A stretch of DNA of 64,000 bases from assembly GCA_902775285.1 (NCBI GenBank), contig CACYLI010000007.1:5533-69532 (forward strand), in the 5' to 3' direction. Below the pieces are notes generated by a model. That model searched no databases. It was not told where the DNA came from and saw nothing but the letters and a program-made list of their open reading frames with translations. This stretch comes from an uncultured Erysipelotrichaceae bacterium (GTDB lineage: Bacteria; Bacillota_I; Bacilli_A; RF39; UBA660). A program made the position numbers and the translations under genes. This document shows positions 54,059 through 63,475 of the stretch, piece after piece (the first letter of the stretch is position 1; each line of letters opens with the position of its first letter).

Positions 54059-55102
54059 ATGAGTTTTAAAGAAATAGTAATATCAATTATAGTTTCAGTT
54101 GTTATAATATTAGGTATTTTATTTGTACCAAAATTATTAAAGAAAGAAGAAGCAAAACCTGAAGTTAAAGAAGAACCTACAAAGCAAGAAGAAGTAGTAA
54201 AAGAAAGTGAATTTAAAATATTTAATACTTTATCTAAAAATAGACCTTATGCAGTGTCTATAAATAATACTCCTGTTGCGGTTAAAGTACAAGAAGGATT
54301 AAATAAAGCATATCTTGTTTATGAATTACCTACTGAAGGTAGTACTTCAAGATTACTTGCTTTATTTCAAGACCAAAAAGATTTAACTATTGGAACAATT
54401 CGTAGTGCTAGACATAATTTTATAGATTATGCTAATGAAAGTGATGCTATATTTGTATGTTTTGGATGGAGTCATTATGCTCAAGCTGAATTATATAAAG
54501 GTTCTATTGAATATTTAAATGGAAATGAAAAAACATGGAAAAGTGCATTTTATAGAAATAATCCAGAAAAATTAGCTACAGAACATACAGCATATACAAC
54601 AACAACTAGGTTAGATAATTATGTAGCTAAGAATGGATATAGATTAGAAAGTGATAATACATTGCTTTTAAATTATTCTAAAGAAGAAGTAAATCTTGAT
54701 AATATTGAAGGAGTAAAAAATGCTAATAAAGTGACTCTTCCTTATGGAAATATTACAACTATTTTTAAGTATAATAGTGAAACTAAAGAATATACTAAAA
54801 TAGTAAATAATAAAGAAATAAAAGATCATAATACTAAAGAAAAAATCACTACAAAAAATATAATAGTGGTAAAAATAAAACATAAAATGGCTGCTGATAA
54901 ATATTATTGGGATTTATATACTACAGGTAGTGGTGATGGATATTATATTACTAATGGTAAAAGTGTACCAATTAAATGGAGTAAACCAAGTAGAAATGCT
55001 AAAAGTACATATACTTATTTAAATGGTGAAAAGATTAATGTTAATGATGGAAGAACATATATAGAAGTACACTCAACTAAGAAAAAAGTTACTATTGAAT
55101 AA
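54059..55102 (+). CDS. DUF3048 (YerB-like) membrane-anchored protein
   Basis: N-terminal TM helix, RPYAVSINNTP...YLVYELPTEGSTSRLLALFQ, and a C-terminal DUF3048_C-like region. Confidence 0.7.
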   Translation: MSFKEIVISIIVSVVIILGILFVPKLLKKEEAKPEVKEEPTKQEEVVKESEFKIFNTLSKNRPYAVSINNTPVAVKVQEGLNKAYLVYELPTEGSTSRLLALFQDQKDLTIGTIRSARHNFIDYANESDAIFVCFGWSHYAQAELYKGSIEYLNGNEKTWKSAFYRNNPEKLATEHTAYTTTTRLDNYVAKNGYRLESDNTLLLNYSKEEVNLDNIEGVKNANKVTLPYGNITTIFKYNSETKEYTKIVNNKEIKDHNTKEKITTKNIIVVKIKHKMAADKYYWDLYTTGSGDGYYITNGKSVPIKWSKPSRNAKSTYTYLNGEKINVNDGRTYIEVHSTKKKVTIE

Positions 55103-55142
55103 TTATTTTATTATGTTAAAATTATAAAGGTGGTAGATAATC

Positions 55143-56594
55143 ATGAAGAAAAAGAATAAGAAGAAAATAAGAACTTTTAGTAGAGTGTGGTGTTCTTTAG
55201 CTTTAATTATATTAGTATTATTTTGCTTATATTTATATAAAGTAAATGTATTACCTATCAAGTATTTCATAGCTATATCATTTATATTAGGATTTTTAGA
55301 ATTTATATATATTCTTTTTGCATTTAATAAAAGAATCAAAGTTGGATTTCTAATTTTTATGAATATTGTTGCATTTTTAGTAATACTTGTGGAATGTTTT
55401 GCTTCATATAAGTTATATCAAACATATAATTTTATTGATAATGAAATGAAAGTAGAAGAAACTAAAGATATTTATTATTTAGTAGTCAATAGTGAAAGTA
55501 AATACTCTAAACTAGAAGAAATAGAAAATAAAATAGTTTATTTTTATAATGATACTGATGAAATAGATAAATTAAAACAATGTGTTACGAATAAAGTAAA
55601 TGTAATATTTAGTGAGGTTGAAAATTACTCTGAACTAACGTCTGATTTAAAAGATAATAAAGAAAAAATAATACTAATTAGCCAGGGTAGTTATGATGCT
55701 TATATAGAAACAAATGAAGAAGAAAAAGATTTATTTAAGAAGCTTGATGAAGTAGAGCTTGTTAAAGAAGTAGAAGTGACTGATTCAAAAGAAGATATTA
55801 CTAAAAAACCATTTACATTCTATATTAGTGGAATTGATACAAGAACAAATTCTATGCCTTCTAGAAGTTTAAGTGATGTTAATATGTTTATTGTAGTAAA
55901 TCCTCAAAAAAGAACAATTTTAATGGTTAATACTCCAAGAGATTATTATGTTCAATTACATGGCACTAAAGGATATAAAGATAAATTAACTCATGCTGGT
56001 ATAGTTGGAGGGTTAAAATTATCTAAAGCTACTGTTGAAGATATTTTAGGAACTGAAGCAGAATATTATGCTAGAGTTAACTTTAATGCAGTAATAAAAT
56101 TAGTTGATGCTGTAGGTGGATTAACTATATATAATGATCAAAAAAGATCATTTAGATGTTGGACAGATAGAAGTTGTGTATTTAAACCAGGTAATAATAA
56201 AGTAAATGGAAAATGTGCATTAGCATTTGCTAGAGAAAGACATGCATATGTTACAGGAGATAGACATAGAGGAGAAAATCAACAACAAGTAATAAAATTA
56301 CTTATAGATAAACTATCTTCATCTAAGAGTTTAATTACAAATTATGATAAAATATTAAAAGCTTTAAATGGATCATTTGAAACAAATTTAAGTACAGCTA
56401 ATATTACATCATTAGTTCAATTTCAATTAAATGATATGAGAGGTTGGACATTTACTACATCTAATTTAGATGGTACTACAGGAAACTCACCAACTTATTC
56501 TTATCCAAAATCTAGTTTATCTGTAATGTATCCAAATGAGAAAACAATAAAAGAAGCTAAACAAAAAATTGAAGAAGCTTTAAAAGTGGACTAG
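55143..56594 (+). CDS. LytR-CpsA-Psr (LCP) family glycopolymer-peptidoglycan ligase
   Basis: N-terminal TM helices followed by SDVNMFIVVNPQKRTILMVNTPRDYYV, FARERH and RGENQQQV motifs. Confidence 0.85.
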   Translation: MKKKNKKKIRTFSRVWCSLALIILVLFCLYLYKVNVLPIKYFIAISFILGFLEFIYILFAFNKRIKVGFLIFMNIVAFLVILVECFASYKLYQTYNFIDNEMKVEETKDIYYLVVNSESKYSKLEEIENKIVYFYNDTDEIDKLKQCVTNKVNVIFSEVENYSELTSDLKDNKEKIILISQGSYDAYIETNEEEKDLFKKLDEVELVKEVEVTDSKEDITKKPFTFYISGIDTRTNSMPSRSLSDVNMFIVVNPQKRTILMVNTPRDYYVQLHGTKGYKDKLTHAGIVGGLKLSKATVEDILGTEAEYYARVNFNAVIKLVDAVGGLTIYNDQKRSFRCWTDRSCVFKPGNNKVNGKCALAFARERHAYVTGDRHRGENQQQVIKLLIDKLSSSKSLITNYDKILKALNGSFETNLSTANITSLVQFQLNDMRGWTFTTSNLDGTTGNSPTYSYPKSSLSVMYPNEKTIKEAKQKIEEALKVD

Positions 56595-56610
56595 AAATAG
56601 TCCTTTTATT
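56587..56610 (+). terminator. terminator after the LCP gene
   Basis: GGACTA-GAAA-TAGTCC followed by TTTTATT. Confidence 0.6.
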
Positions 56611-56644
56611 GTGTTAGAATAATATTTACTTTCAGGGAGGAATT

Positions 56645-57847
56645 ATGATTTATTATAAAGGTGTTAGAGAAGAAATAAGTAATTTAGAAGATTTTATATA
56701 TATAGGAACAAATATAAATAAATATGGTAAAAGAATATCTTATGATTTTGAAAAAAGATTTACATCTCTTGAAAATCCAAATGAATTTTATGACTATTTA
56801 GCAGGACTTAGAAGTAGTAATCCATTTGGTTATGAAATTGAGATTACTTCTATGGATAAAAGAAGAAGTGTATTTAATCTTGGAATAGATATTAAAAAAA
56901 ATGTAAATATAGAATTTGATTATGATATAATTTATACTAAAGTTAAAGATATTAATGGATATGAATATGCTAAAGAATTAAAAACAGGTTTAATATTTCC
57001 ATTATATAATTCTAAAAACTATATGACTCATATATATTTAACTTCATATCCAACTTATGAAAGAGATAAAGATGATGCTAATAATAGTATTTATTCTTTA
57101 TATTTATGTACTAAAGAAATAAATCCAACTATTTTAAAAAGTGGAGTAGTAGTTTATGGAGATAAAATAGCAACTCAAAATGATATAGAAGATTATGATG
57201 TTGATTTAGATGATTTAACATATGATTATAAAGAAAATGTATTTAATAATTTACAATTACAAAAAGAAGTAAATCTTAATCAAAGTGAAGAAATGTCAAT
57301 AATCTCACATATTGTATATTATTTATCTCTTATAAAAAATATAAATGAAGATGATTATAAAGTTTTAAATGAAAAATATAGATTTATATTAGATAATTAT
57401 GAAAATAAAAATAATAATATTACGTTAAATATAGATGATTTAAATAGACTTAAAAGAAGTGTAGAATTTATATATTTATTTAATAGAAATAATAAAAGCG
57501 GAATATATAAGAAATTAAAAGAAAATATTAATAATTCTAATGATGAAAGTAGTATAAATGAAGTAGATTATTTATATGAATTGTTTTTAGAAAATAAAGA
57601 TTATTTTACTTTAAAAGAACAAGATGAATTACTTAAATATTTCTCAATATTTTATATATTATTTATTAAAAATACTAGAGTAGATTTTGATAGTATTATA
57701 AATACATATTTTAGTGATTTGAAATTTTATATATTATCTTTAATAAATTCAAGTAATAAAAATAATATTAGTAATCCAAAAGATGTATATGATTTAATTA
57801 ATAATGAAGAAATGTATGAAGAAATAAAATTATTATTAGGTAAATAG
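56645..57847 (+). CDS. hypothetical protein
   Basis: 400-aa ORF with a GGGAGG RBS. No signal peptide or recognisable motifs. Confidence 0.5.
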   Translation: MIYYKGVREEISNLEDFIYIGTNINKYGKRISYDFEKRFTSLENPNEFYDYLAGLRSSNPFGYEIEITSMDKRRSVFNLGIDIKKNVNIEFDYDIIYTKVKDINGYEYAKELKTGLIFPLYNSKNYMTHIYLTSYPTYERDKDDANNSIYSLYLCTKEINPTILKSGVVVYGDKIATQNDIEDYDVDLDDLTYDYKENVFNNLQLQKEVNLNQSEEMSIISHIVYYLSLIKNINEDDYKVLNEKYRFILDNYENKNNNITLNIDDLNRLKRSVEFIYLFNRNNKSGIYKKLKENINNSNDESSINEVDYLYELFLENKDYFTLKEQDELLKYFSIFYILFIKNTRVDFDSIINTYFSDLKFYILSLINSSNKNNISNPKDVYDLINNEEMYEEIKLLLGK

Positions 57848-57909
57848 TGTAACTAAAAATAAATATAATTCATAACTTATTAATGAAATTAGATAAAGGA
57901 GTGAATTAT

Positions 57910-58335
57910 ATGTGTAATAACAATAATAATGAATGTAATAATTGTATTATGGAAATATTACAAGTTATTAATGTACTTCAATCAAATGCTTGTCCAGATA
58001 ACTGTCTTCTTTCTTGTGATAGACCTGCTTTAGGAGGAGGACCAAATTGCGTTATATGTAATACTAGACCAATAATGTTATATACTTGCGCTGGTAATGG
58101 TACACCTCTTTCAATGCCTACTACAAGAGTAGAAACATCTGCTACTACAAGTAGTGTATTTAGAGTAGAAAAGGTTAGTGGATGTTGTTGTACATTTAGA
58201 GTACTTGCACCAAATCCAGATACAACATCTACTTATCCATATGTAGCTACTGATTCATTGTTTACAATGGATACTAATTGTTTATGTGCAGTTAGATGTT
58301 TAAATGACACATTTGTTGAATGCACAACATTATAA
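57910..58335 (+). CDS. CotZ/CotY-like cysteine-rich spore coat/exosporium protein
   Basis: Cys-rich (NECNNCIMEILQVINVLQ..., CCCTFRV, CLCAVRC), resembling the CotY/CotZ family. AAAGGAGTG precedes ATG 57910. Confidence 0.65.
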   Translation: MCNNNNNECNNCIMEILQVINVLQSNACPDNCLLSCDRPALGGGPNCVICNTRPIMLYTCAGNGTPLSMPTTRVETSATTSSVFRVEKVSGCCCTFRVLAPNPDTTSTYPYVATDSLFTMDTNCLCAVRCLNDTFVECTTL

Positions 58336-58357
58336 GAGTTCATTTGAACTCTTTTTA
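58334..58357 (+). terminator. terminator after the cotZ-like gene
   Basis: AAGAGTTCA-TT-TGAACTCTT followed by TTT. Confidence 0.65.
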
Positions 58358-58397
58358 ATTTGTTTAATTTTTGATATACTAAATAAAGAGTGATAAT

Positions 58398-59000
58398 ATG
58401 AAAGAATATGAAAATGAATTATATAGTAAAGGAATTAAATATATAGCAGGAATTGATGAAGTGGGTAGAGGTCCTTTAGTTGGCCCAGTTGTGACATGTG
58501 CAGTTATTTTACCAATTGATTTTTACGATGAAAGAATAAATGATTCTAAAAAATTAAGTGAGAAAAAAAGAGAATTATTATATGATGTTATTATGGAAAA
58601 TGCTATAAGTGTTGGAATTGGAATGTCTAGTGAAGAAGTAATTGATGAAATAAACATTTTAGAAGCAACTAAGAAAGCTATGTTAGAAGCAATTGATAAT
58701 CTAAGTGTTAAACCAGAACATTTATTAATTGATGCTGTTAAATTAGATACATCTATTCCACAGACTTCTATTATTAAAGGAGACCAAAAAAGTTTAAGTA
58801 TTGCATCTGCATCTATTATAGCTAAAGTTACAAGAGATAGAATGATGATAGAACTTGATAAAAAGCATCCCGAATATGATTTTATTCATAATAAAGGATA
58901 TGGAACAAAAAAACACATAGAAGCTTTATATAAATATGGAGCATTAAAAGAACATAGAAAAACATTTGAACCAGTTTCTAGTATTATAAATAATAATTAG
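58398..59000 (+). CDS. rnhB: ribonuclease HII
   Basis: [23 protein letters not shown] and [10 protein letters not shown] motifs. Confidence 0.93.
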   Translation: MKEYENELYSKGIKYIAGIDEVGRGPLVGPVVTCAVILPIDFYDERINDSKKLSEKKRELLYDVIMENAISVGIGMSSEEVIDEINILEATKKAMLEAIDNLSVKPEHLLIDAVKLDTSIPQTSIIKGDQKSLSIASASIIAKVTRDRMMIELDKKHPEYDFIHNKGYGTKKHIEALYKYGALKEHRKTFEPVSSIINNN

Positions 59001-59019
59001 TTTTAAGTGAGATGATATT

Positions 59020-61059
59020 ATGGAAGTAATTAAAAATTCAAGTGGTGAAATAGACGCACAAAAAGGATATGGAGTTATTGTAGGAGAAGATAATCAAACT
59101 CACATATTTTGTAAAGAAAATGATGATTCTATTACTGAATATATTTTAACTCCAGGACAAAATAAAATAACTTATGAAGGTGGTACTATTTATTTAAATA
59201 TGCCAGAAATAGATGAAAACACATCATTTTTAGCAGTAGGAAATGGAAACTCTGATTGGAGTGAAGCTTTATTAAATGGTACAGATTATAGTGTTGGTTT
59301 AAGTTCAATTGAAACACCAAATAGTAATAGAGTTTATGGGTATATTAGAGGTGGTCAAACTACAACAACTGGATATGAAAAAGTAATAGGATTATTTAAA
59401 GATATTGCTAGTGCTAATGGAATAGAAAACCCTAATATTGCAACATCTGGATTTAGTGGTTCAGGACCTGCAGCACACAGTAGTGCAAGAAGTATAGAGG
59501 GAGTGAGTGTTTGCTTAGAAGCAGACCCATGTTCACCTAATTCAAGAGGAAAAGAAAAAGATTATAAGTCAGATGAAAATGTTTATACAATTTCTGTAGC
59601 ATGTGGACCAATTAGCGCTAAAAATAAAACTGAAGATACAGTAAGTATGAGAGATAATCAAATAAAAAATACTTTAATAATTGAATTAGATGCTAATAGA
59701 AGTCGTTATCATGCTAGTACTATTGAAGTATTATCTACTTCTGGTTTAACGGATTTTATAGATGATCATATAGATATAAATGAAGTTATAGATAAAATAA
59801 ATAAAGATGGATTTAAGGTAAGTAAAGTAGTCTTAATTGATGAAAATGGAAATATAATTGAAGATGATTATGAAAAAACTCAAGAATTTTTAGATAAAGC
59901 GTATATTGAAATTTCAAGTAGTAGAGATGGTAGTAAAGTATTATCTTATGATTTTTCATCAGATGAAGAAAAAAGTATATATTATTTATTAAATAAAAAA
60001 ACAAATCTTAAAAAGTACTTGTCTGATGAAAAAATATCAGTAAATTATAATGATGCTTTTGATGGAATAGAAAGTATCATAAACTTTTCAACTTCTCATA
60101 ATTATTTAAATGATAAAAATATAAATTTACCTGTAGGAAATAATAAAGTTAATTCTTTTTTTAATCAATCTAAACCATTTTTAGAATCTTCTAGTATTCT
60201 AGATTATAAAGTTAAAGAAACACTAACTGCTATGTCTATACAGCTTATTAATATGGCAAGAACTGAAAGTGGACTTCAGCAAATTGCAGAAAGTGACTTA
60301 AATACTGCGCATGGTATATTTGATTATAATAGTAGTGAATTAAAAGAGTTTTTTAATAATAGTATAGATGTGTATACTAAACAGTTTAATTTAGGAATAA
60401 TAGAAAACTTTGAAAATGGTAAAACAGGACTTGTTGATATAAATCAAATAGATAGTTTTTTTGATAGTGCTTTATTATCACAAATATCTAGTCAAAAAGA
60501 TATGGCAAAAGATACAAAAGAATTAATAAGTTCTTTAAAGGAAAGTGGTAGTTATGAAGGAGAAGCATTTAAAGATTTTAATCTTTTATTAGATAATTAT
60601 AATACATTTATGGATTTAAGATATAATTCTGCTGATTTATTAGATACTGTATATACAAGTTCTTTAGATAAAATGAAAACATTTTTCACATCAAAAGGAA
60701 TTAGTTCAATAAATGATGAAAATTATCAAGCAACACTAGACCAAATAGAAAAAAATAATCTTTTAATATCAGATTGGGAAGCAAAAGCAAAAGAATACTA
60801 TAAAGAACCTATATATAAAACATTTAATTTAGGTAAAAAAAGCTTTGATATAATAATAGGTTATGAAAAAATATATCCATATAAAGATGATGCTAATAAA
60901 GCTATTCAAGAACTAAATGATATGAATAGAGAATTACAAACATATGTAGATTTAGTAGAAGAGTGGACGAGTATTTTAAATGAATGTACACAAAGTATTA
61001 ATGAAGCTAATGAAATAGTTAAAAATAATTTTAGTAGTCAAGTAAGTTTATTAGGATAA
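59020..61059 (+). CDS. alpha/beta-hydrolase-like protein with C-terminal LXG-like helical module (reverse arrangement); no signal peptide
   Basis: GFSGSG nucleophile elbow and a later RYHAS. C-terminal SYEGEAFKDFNLLLDNY, SSINDENYQATLDQIEKNNLLI and YKEPIYKTFNLGKKSFDIIIGYEKIYPY align with the 5901 and 23781 modules. Confidence 0.7.
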   Translation: MEVIKNSSGEIDAQKGYGVIVGEDNQTHIFCKENDDSITEYILTPGQNKITYEGGTIYLNMPEIDENTSFLAVGNGNSDWSEALLNGTDYSVGLSSIETPNSNRVYGYIRGGQTTTTGYEKVIGLFKDIASANGIENPNIATSGFSGSGPAAHSSARSIEGVSVCLEADPCSPNSRGKEKDYKSDENVYTISVACGPISAKNKTEDTVSMRDNQIKNTLIIELDANRSRYHASTIEVLSTSGLTDFIDDHIDINEVIDKINKDGFKVSKVVLIDENGNIIEDDYEKTQEFLDKAYIEISSSRDGSKVLSYDFSSDEEKSIYYLLNKKTNLKKYLSDEKISVNYNDAFDGIESIINFSTSHNYLNDKNINLPVGNNKVNSFFNQSKPFLESSSILDYKVKETLTAMSIQLINMARTESGLQQIAESDLNTAHGIFDYNSSELKEFFNNSIDVYTKQFNLGIIENFENGKTGLVDINQIDSFFDSALLSQISSQKDMAKDTKELISSLKESGSYEGEAFKDFNLLLDNYNTFMDLRYNSADLLDTVYTSSLDKMKTFFTSKGISSINDENYQATLDQIEKNNLLISDWEAKAKEYYKEPIYKTFNLGKKSFDIIIGYEKIYPYKDDANKAIQELNDMNRELQTYVDLVEEWTSILNECTQSINEANEIVKNNFSSQVSLLG

Positions 61060-61089
61060 ATTTTTACAAAAAAATATTGTGTTTTTTTG

Positions 61090-61118
61090 TTGAATTTTTA
61101 AAAAAAATATTATATTAT
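61090..61118 (+). promoter_or_regulatory. candidate promoter (TTGAAT-17-TATTAT) lying upstream of a terminator and the tandem-MPE gene
   Basis: TTGAAT at 61090-95 and TATTAT at 61113-18. May be fortuitous in AT-rich DNA. Confidence 0.3.
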
Positions 61119-61142
61119 TATCATAGTAAGAGAATAAGAAAG

Positions 61143-61189
61143 GGCGTAACAAAATATTTGTTTGTATTTGTGTTATGCCTATTTTTTTT
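61143..61189 (+). terminator. strong terminator between the 59020 gene and the tandem-MPE gene
   Basis: GGCGTAACA...TGTTATGCC (9 bp including one G-U pair) followed by A and a T8 run. Ends 2 nt before the GGAGGG RBS. Confidence 0.7.
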
Positions 61190-61198
61190 GGAGGGAAT

Positions 61199-63391
61199 AT
61201 GGTAGATAATGGTTTATTTGATAATAATGATATAGCAAGTGAAGAAGTAAGTGATGTTCCTAGTGATCCTGAATTTATTGAATATGAAAAAGAACATAAA
61301 AATGAATTCATTGAAATTACAGAAGATAATCTAAAAGAATTTGCTGATCAATTACAATTTGATACTTTAACTCAAGAATGTATAGCAGAAGATTTATGTA
61401 AATCATATAATATTACAAAAGAGGATATGTTTATACTTATACATGAACTTAAAAAACGTGGAAATAATATTGTAACCATTAATACTTCTGCATATAAAGA
61501 AAATGATGAAAAAGAAGATAAAGTACAAGTAACTCTTATTAGAAATTTTGGACATGAAGCATTAATAAATGATTTATCTTATGAAATAGTAGATAATGAT
61601 GAAAATGTTAAAATAATGCTTATCTCAGATACTAGATTTGGAAGTATATATCAACAAACAAGTATTTTAAATGATTTATATTATAAAGCTAAACAAATGG
61701 GTGTAAAATATGTATTCTTAACTGGAGATGTTGTAGAAGGAATGTATACTGGCGTTAAAAATATATATAATACGACATTACATAAGACTGGATATGAAGA
61801 TCAAGCTGATTTAGTAGCTGCATGTTTTCCAAGAGTTGAAGGAATTACCACTTATTTTTTAACTGGAGAGCATGACTTAACATTCTTAAAAACAAAAGAT
61901 AAAATTGATATAGGAAAACTAATTTCTGAAAAAAGAGAAGATATGATTTATTTAGGGCCTAGACGTAAAAAAGTATCTTTTGTTACAGATGATAATAGAA
62001 GGAGTGGAAATATTTCTTTATATTTACAACATGCTAAGGGAAATGTTCCATATACAGTATCATATAAACCACAACAAAAAATAGCATCAATGAGAAATGA
62101 AGATAAAACAGATATATTAGTTACTTCACACTTCGCAGCATGTGATTCATTTTTAAGAAGAGGAGTTCGTTCTTATCAAGTTCCAACAGTTGTTGCTACA
62201 ACAGATGAAATGAAAGATGCTAGTACTCCAGTATATAATACAGTAGGTGGATGGGTAGTAAATTTAGAAAGAGATAAAAAAGGAAATTTAAAAAATACTA
62301 CTCAAATGTGGATACCTTATTATGACACTATTAAGGATGACTATAAAACTGCTAAAGCACTATATTTAACAGATGATAAAAAAGTATTCATGCCACAACA
62401 AGTAGAAAAAGATGAAAAAGATAAAATGTTTTCACAATTAAGAAATGGTGAAACACTATCAAATGCACTTGAAAAATTAAACATCAGTAAATTAAAATTT
62501 GGAGGTCTCTTAGAAGAATTTCTACTTAAAGGGTATGATATATATATAGATGAAAAAGATGGTAAACAAATAATTGTTAAAAAGAAAAATAAAATTTCAA
62601 ATAAACCGATTAAACCAGAAATAGATGAACTTACTAAAATAAGTCAAACTTGGATTAGTGATACTCATTTATGTAATGAAGCTCAACAATTACACATGAT
62701 AAATGAAATCTATAAAGAAACTGAAAAAAGAGGAATAGATACAGTTATTCATTTTGGAGATTTAACAGATGGAGATTATCAAAATAGACCAGATCATAGA
62801 TATGAATTGTTTAGATTAGGCGCTCAAAGACAAGCTGAATATGTAGCTGCTTATTATCCTCATATAGATGGAATTACAACATATGTTTTAGGTGGTAATC
62901 ATGATGATTCACATAACAAAAATGGTGGAATTGAAATATGCAAAATGATTTGTAATATGAGAAGTGAAGATATGGTTTATTTAGGAAGTGAACATGCTAT
63001 GTTTAAGCCTAAAGAAAGTCCAAAAACAACCGAAGAAATATACCATCCAGGTGGTGGATGTGCATCAAGTCTTTCATATAAGCCTCAAAAATATATTGAT
63101 AAAATGGAACCAGGAAACAAACCAAATGCTGGTGGAATGGGACATTTTCATCAAAGTGAATTCTTAGCTTATAGAAATGTTATATTACTTTTAGTTCCTT
63201 GTTTAACTGCTAAAAGTCCATTTGCTGTAAGACAAGGACTTGAAAATACCATGGGAGCATATTTTATAAATATGTATGTTAATTCAAAAGGTGAAATAGA
63301 AATGTTTGAATTTGAAGAAAAGAGATTTACAAACAAAGATGTTAAAAAAGATGATTTCTTAAAAACAAAACAACTAATATTAAAAAAATAA
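61199..63391 (+). CDS. tandem calcineurin-like metallophosphoesterase; N-terminal copy degenerate, C-terminal copy intact; acidic N-terminus
   Basis: Copy 2 has SDTHL, GDLTDGD, GGNHDD and GMGHFH (a full MPE motif set). Copy 1 has SDTRF, GDVVEG, GEHD and SHFA (ligands lost). GGAGGG precedes ATG 61199, and the track start at 61175 lies inside a terminator hairpin. Confidence 0.7.
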   Translation: MVDNGLFDNNDIASEEVSDVPSDPEFIEYEKEHKNEFIEITEDNLKEFADQLQFDTLTQECIAEDLCKSYNITKEDMFILIHELKKRGNNIVTINTSAYKENDEKEDKVQVTLIRNFGHEALINDLSYEIVDNDENVKIMLISDTRFGSIYQQTSILNDLYYKAKQMGVKYVFLTGDVVEGMYTGVKNIYNTTLHKTGYEDQADLVAACFPRVEGITTYFLTGEHDLTFLKTKDKIDIGKLISEKREDMIYLGPRRKKVSFVTDDNRRSGNISLYLQHAKGNVPYTVSYKPQQKIASMRNEDKTDILVTSHFAACDSFLRRGVRSYQVPTVVATTDEMKDASTPVYNTVGGWVVNLERDKKGNLKNTTQMWIPYYDTIKDDYKTAKALYLTDDKKVFMPQQVEKDEKDKMFSQLRNGETLSNALEKLNISKLKFGGLLEEFLLKGYDIYIDEKDGKQIIVKKKNKISNKPIKPEIDELTKISQTWISDTHLCNEAQQLHMINEIYKETEKRGIDTVIHFGDLTDGDYQNRPDHRYELFRLGAQRQAEYVAAYYPHIDGITTYVLGGNHDDSHNKNGGIEICKMICNMRSEDMVYLGSEHAMFKPKESPKTTEEIYHPGGGCASSLSYKPQKYIDKMEPGNKPNAGGMGHFHQSEFLAYRNVILLLVPCLTAKSPFAVRQGLENTMGAYFINMYVNSKGEIEMFEFEEKRFTNKDVKKDDFLKTKQLILKK

Positions 63392-63418
63392 CCTAACTTA
63401 TGTTAGATTATTTTTTTG
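63389..63418 (+). terminator. terminator after the tandem-MPE gene
   Basis: TAACCTAAC-TTAT-GTTAGATTA (one mismatch) followed by a T7 run. Confidence 0.55.
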
Positions 63419-63435
63419 ACTTTTTTTATAAAATA

Positions 63436-63444
63436 TGATATAAT
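63436..63444 (+). promoter_or_regulatory. extended -10 element (TGaTATAAT) for the last, partial gene
   Basis: TGATATAAT 32 nt upstream of ATG 63476. Confidence 0.45.
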
Positions 63445-63475
63445 CAATAAGCTTTAAAAAGAGGGGTTGTTGGTT

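Noticed and set aside
55103-55339. 78-aa minus-strand ORF spanning the DUF3048/LCP intergenic region and the LCP 5' end. Similar cases are 44477-44755, 15214-15426, 9022-9243, 42097-42285 and 61051-61311.
   Set aside because: They overlap the starts or ends of well-supported genes on the other strand. They lack an RBS and translate to hydrophobic low-complexity sequence.
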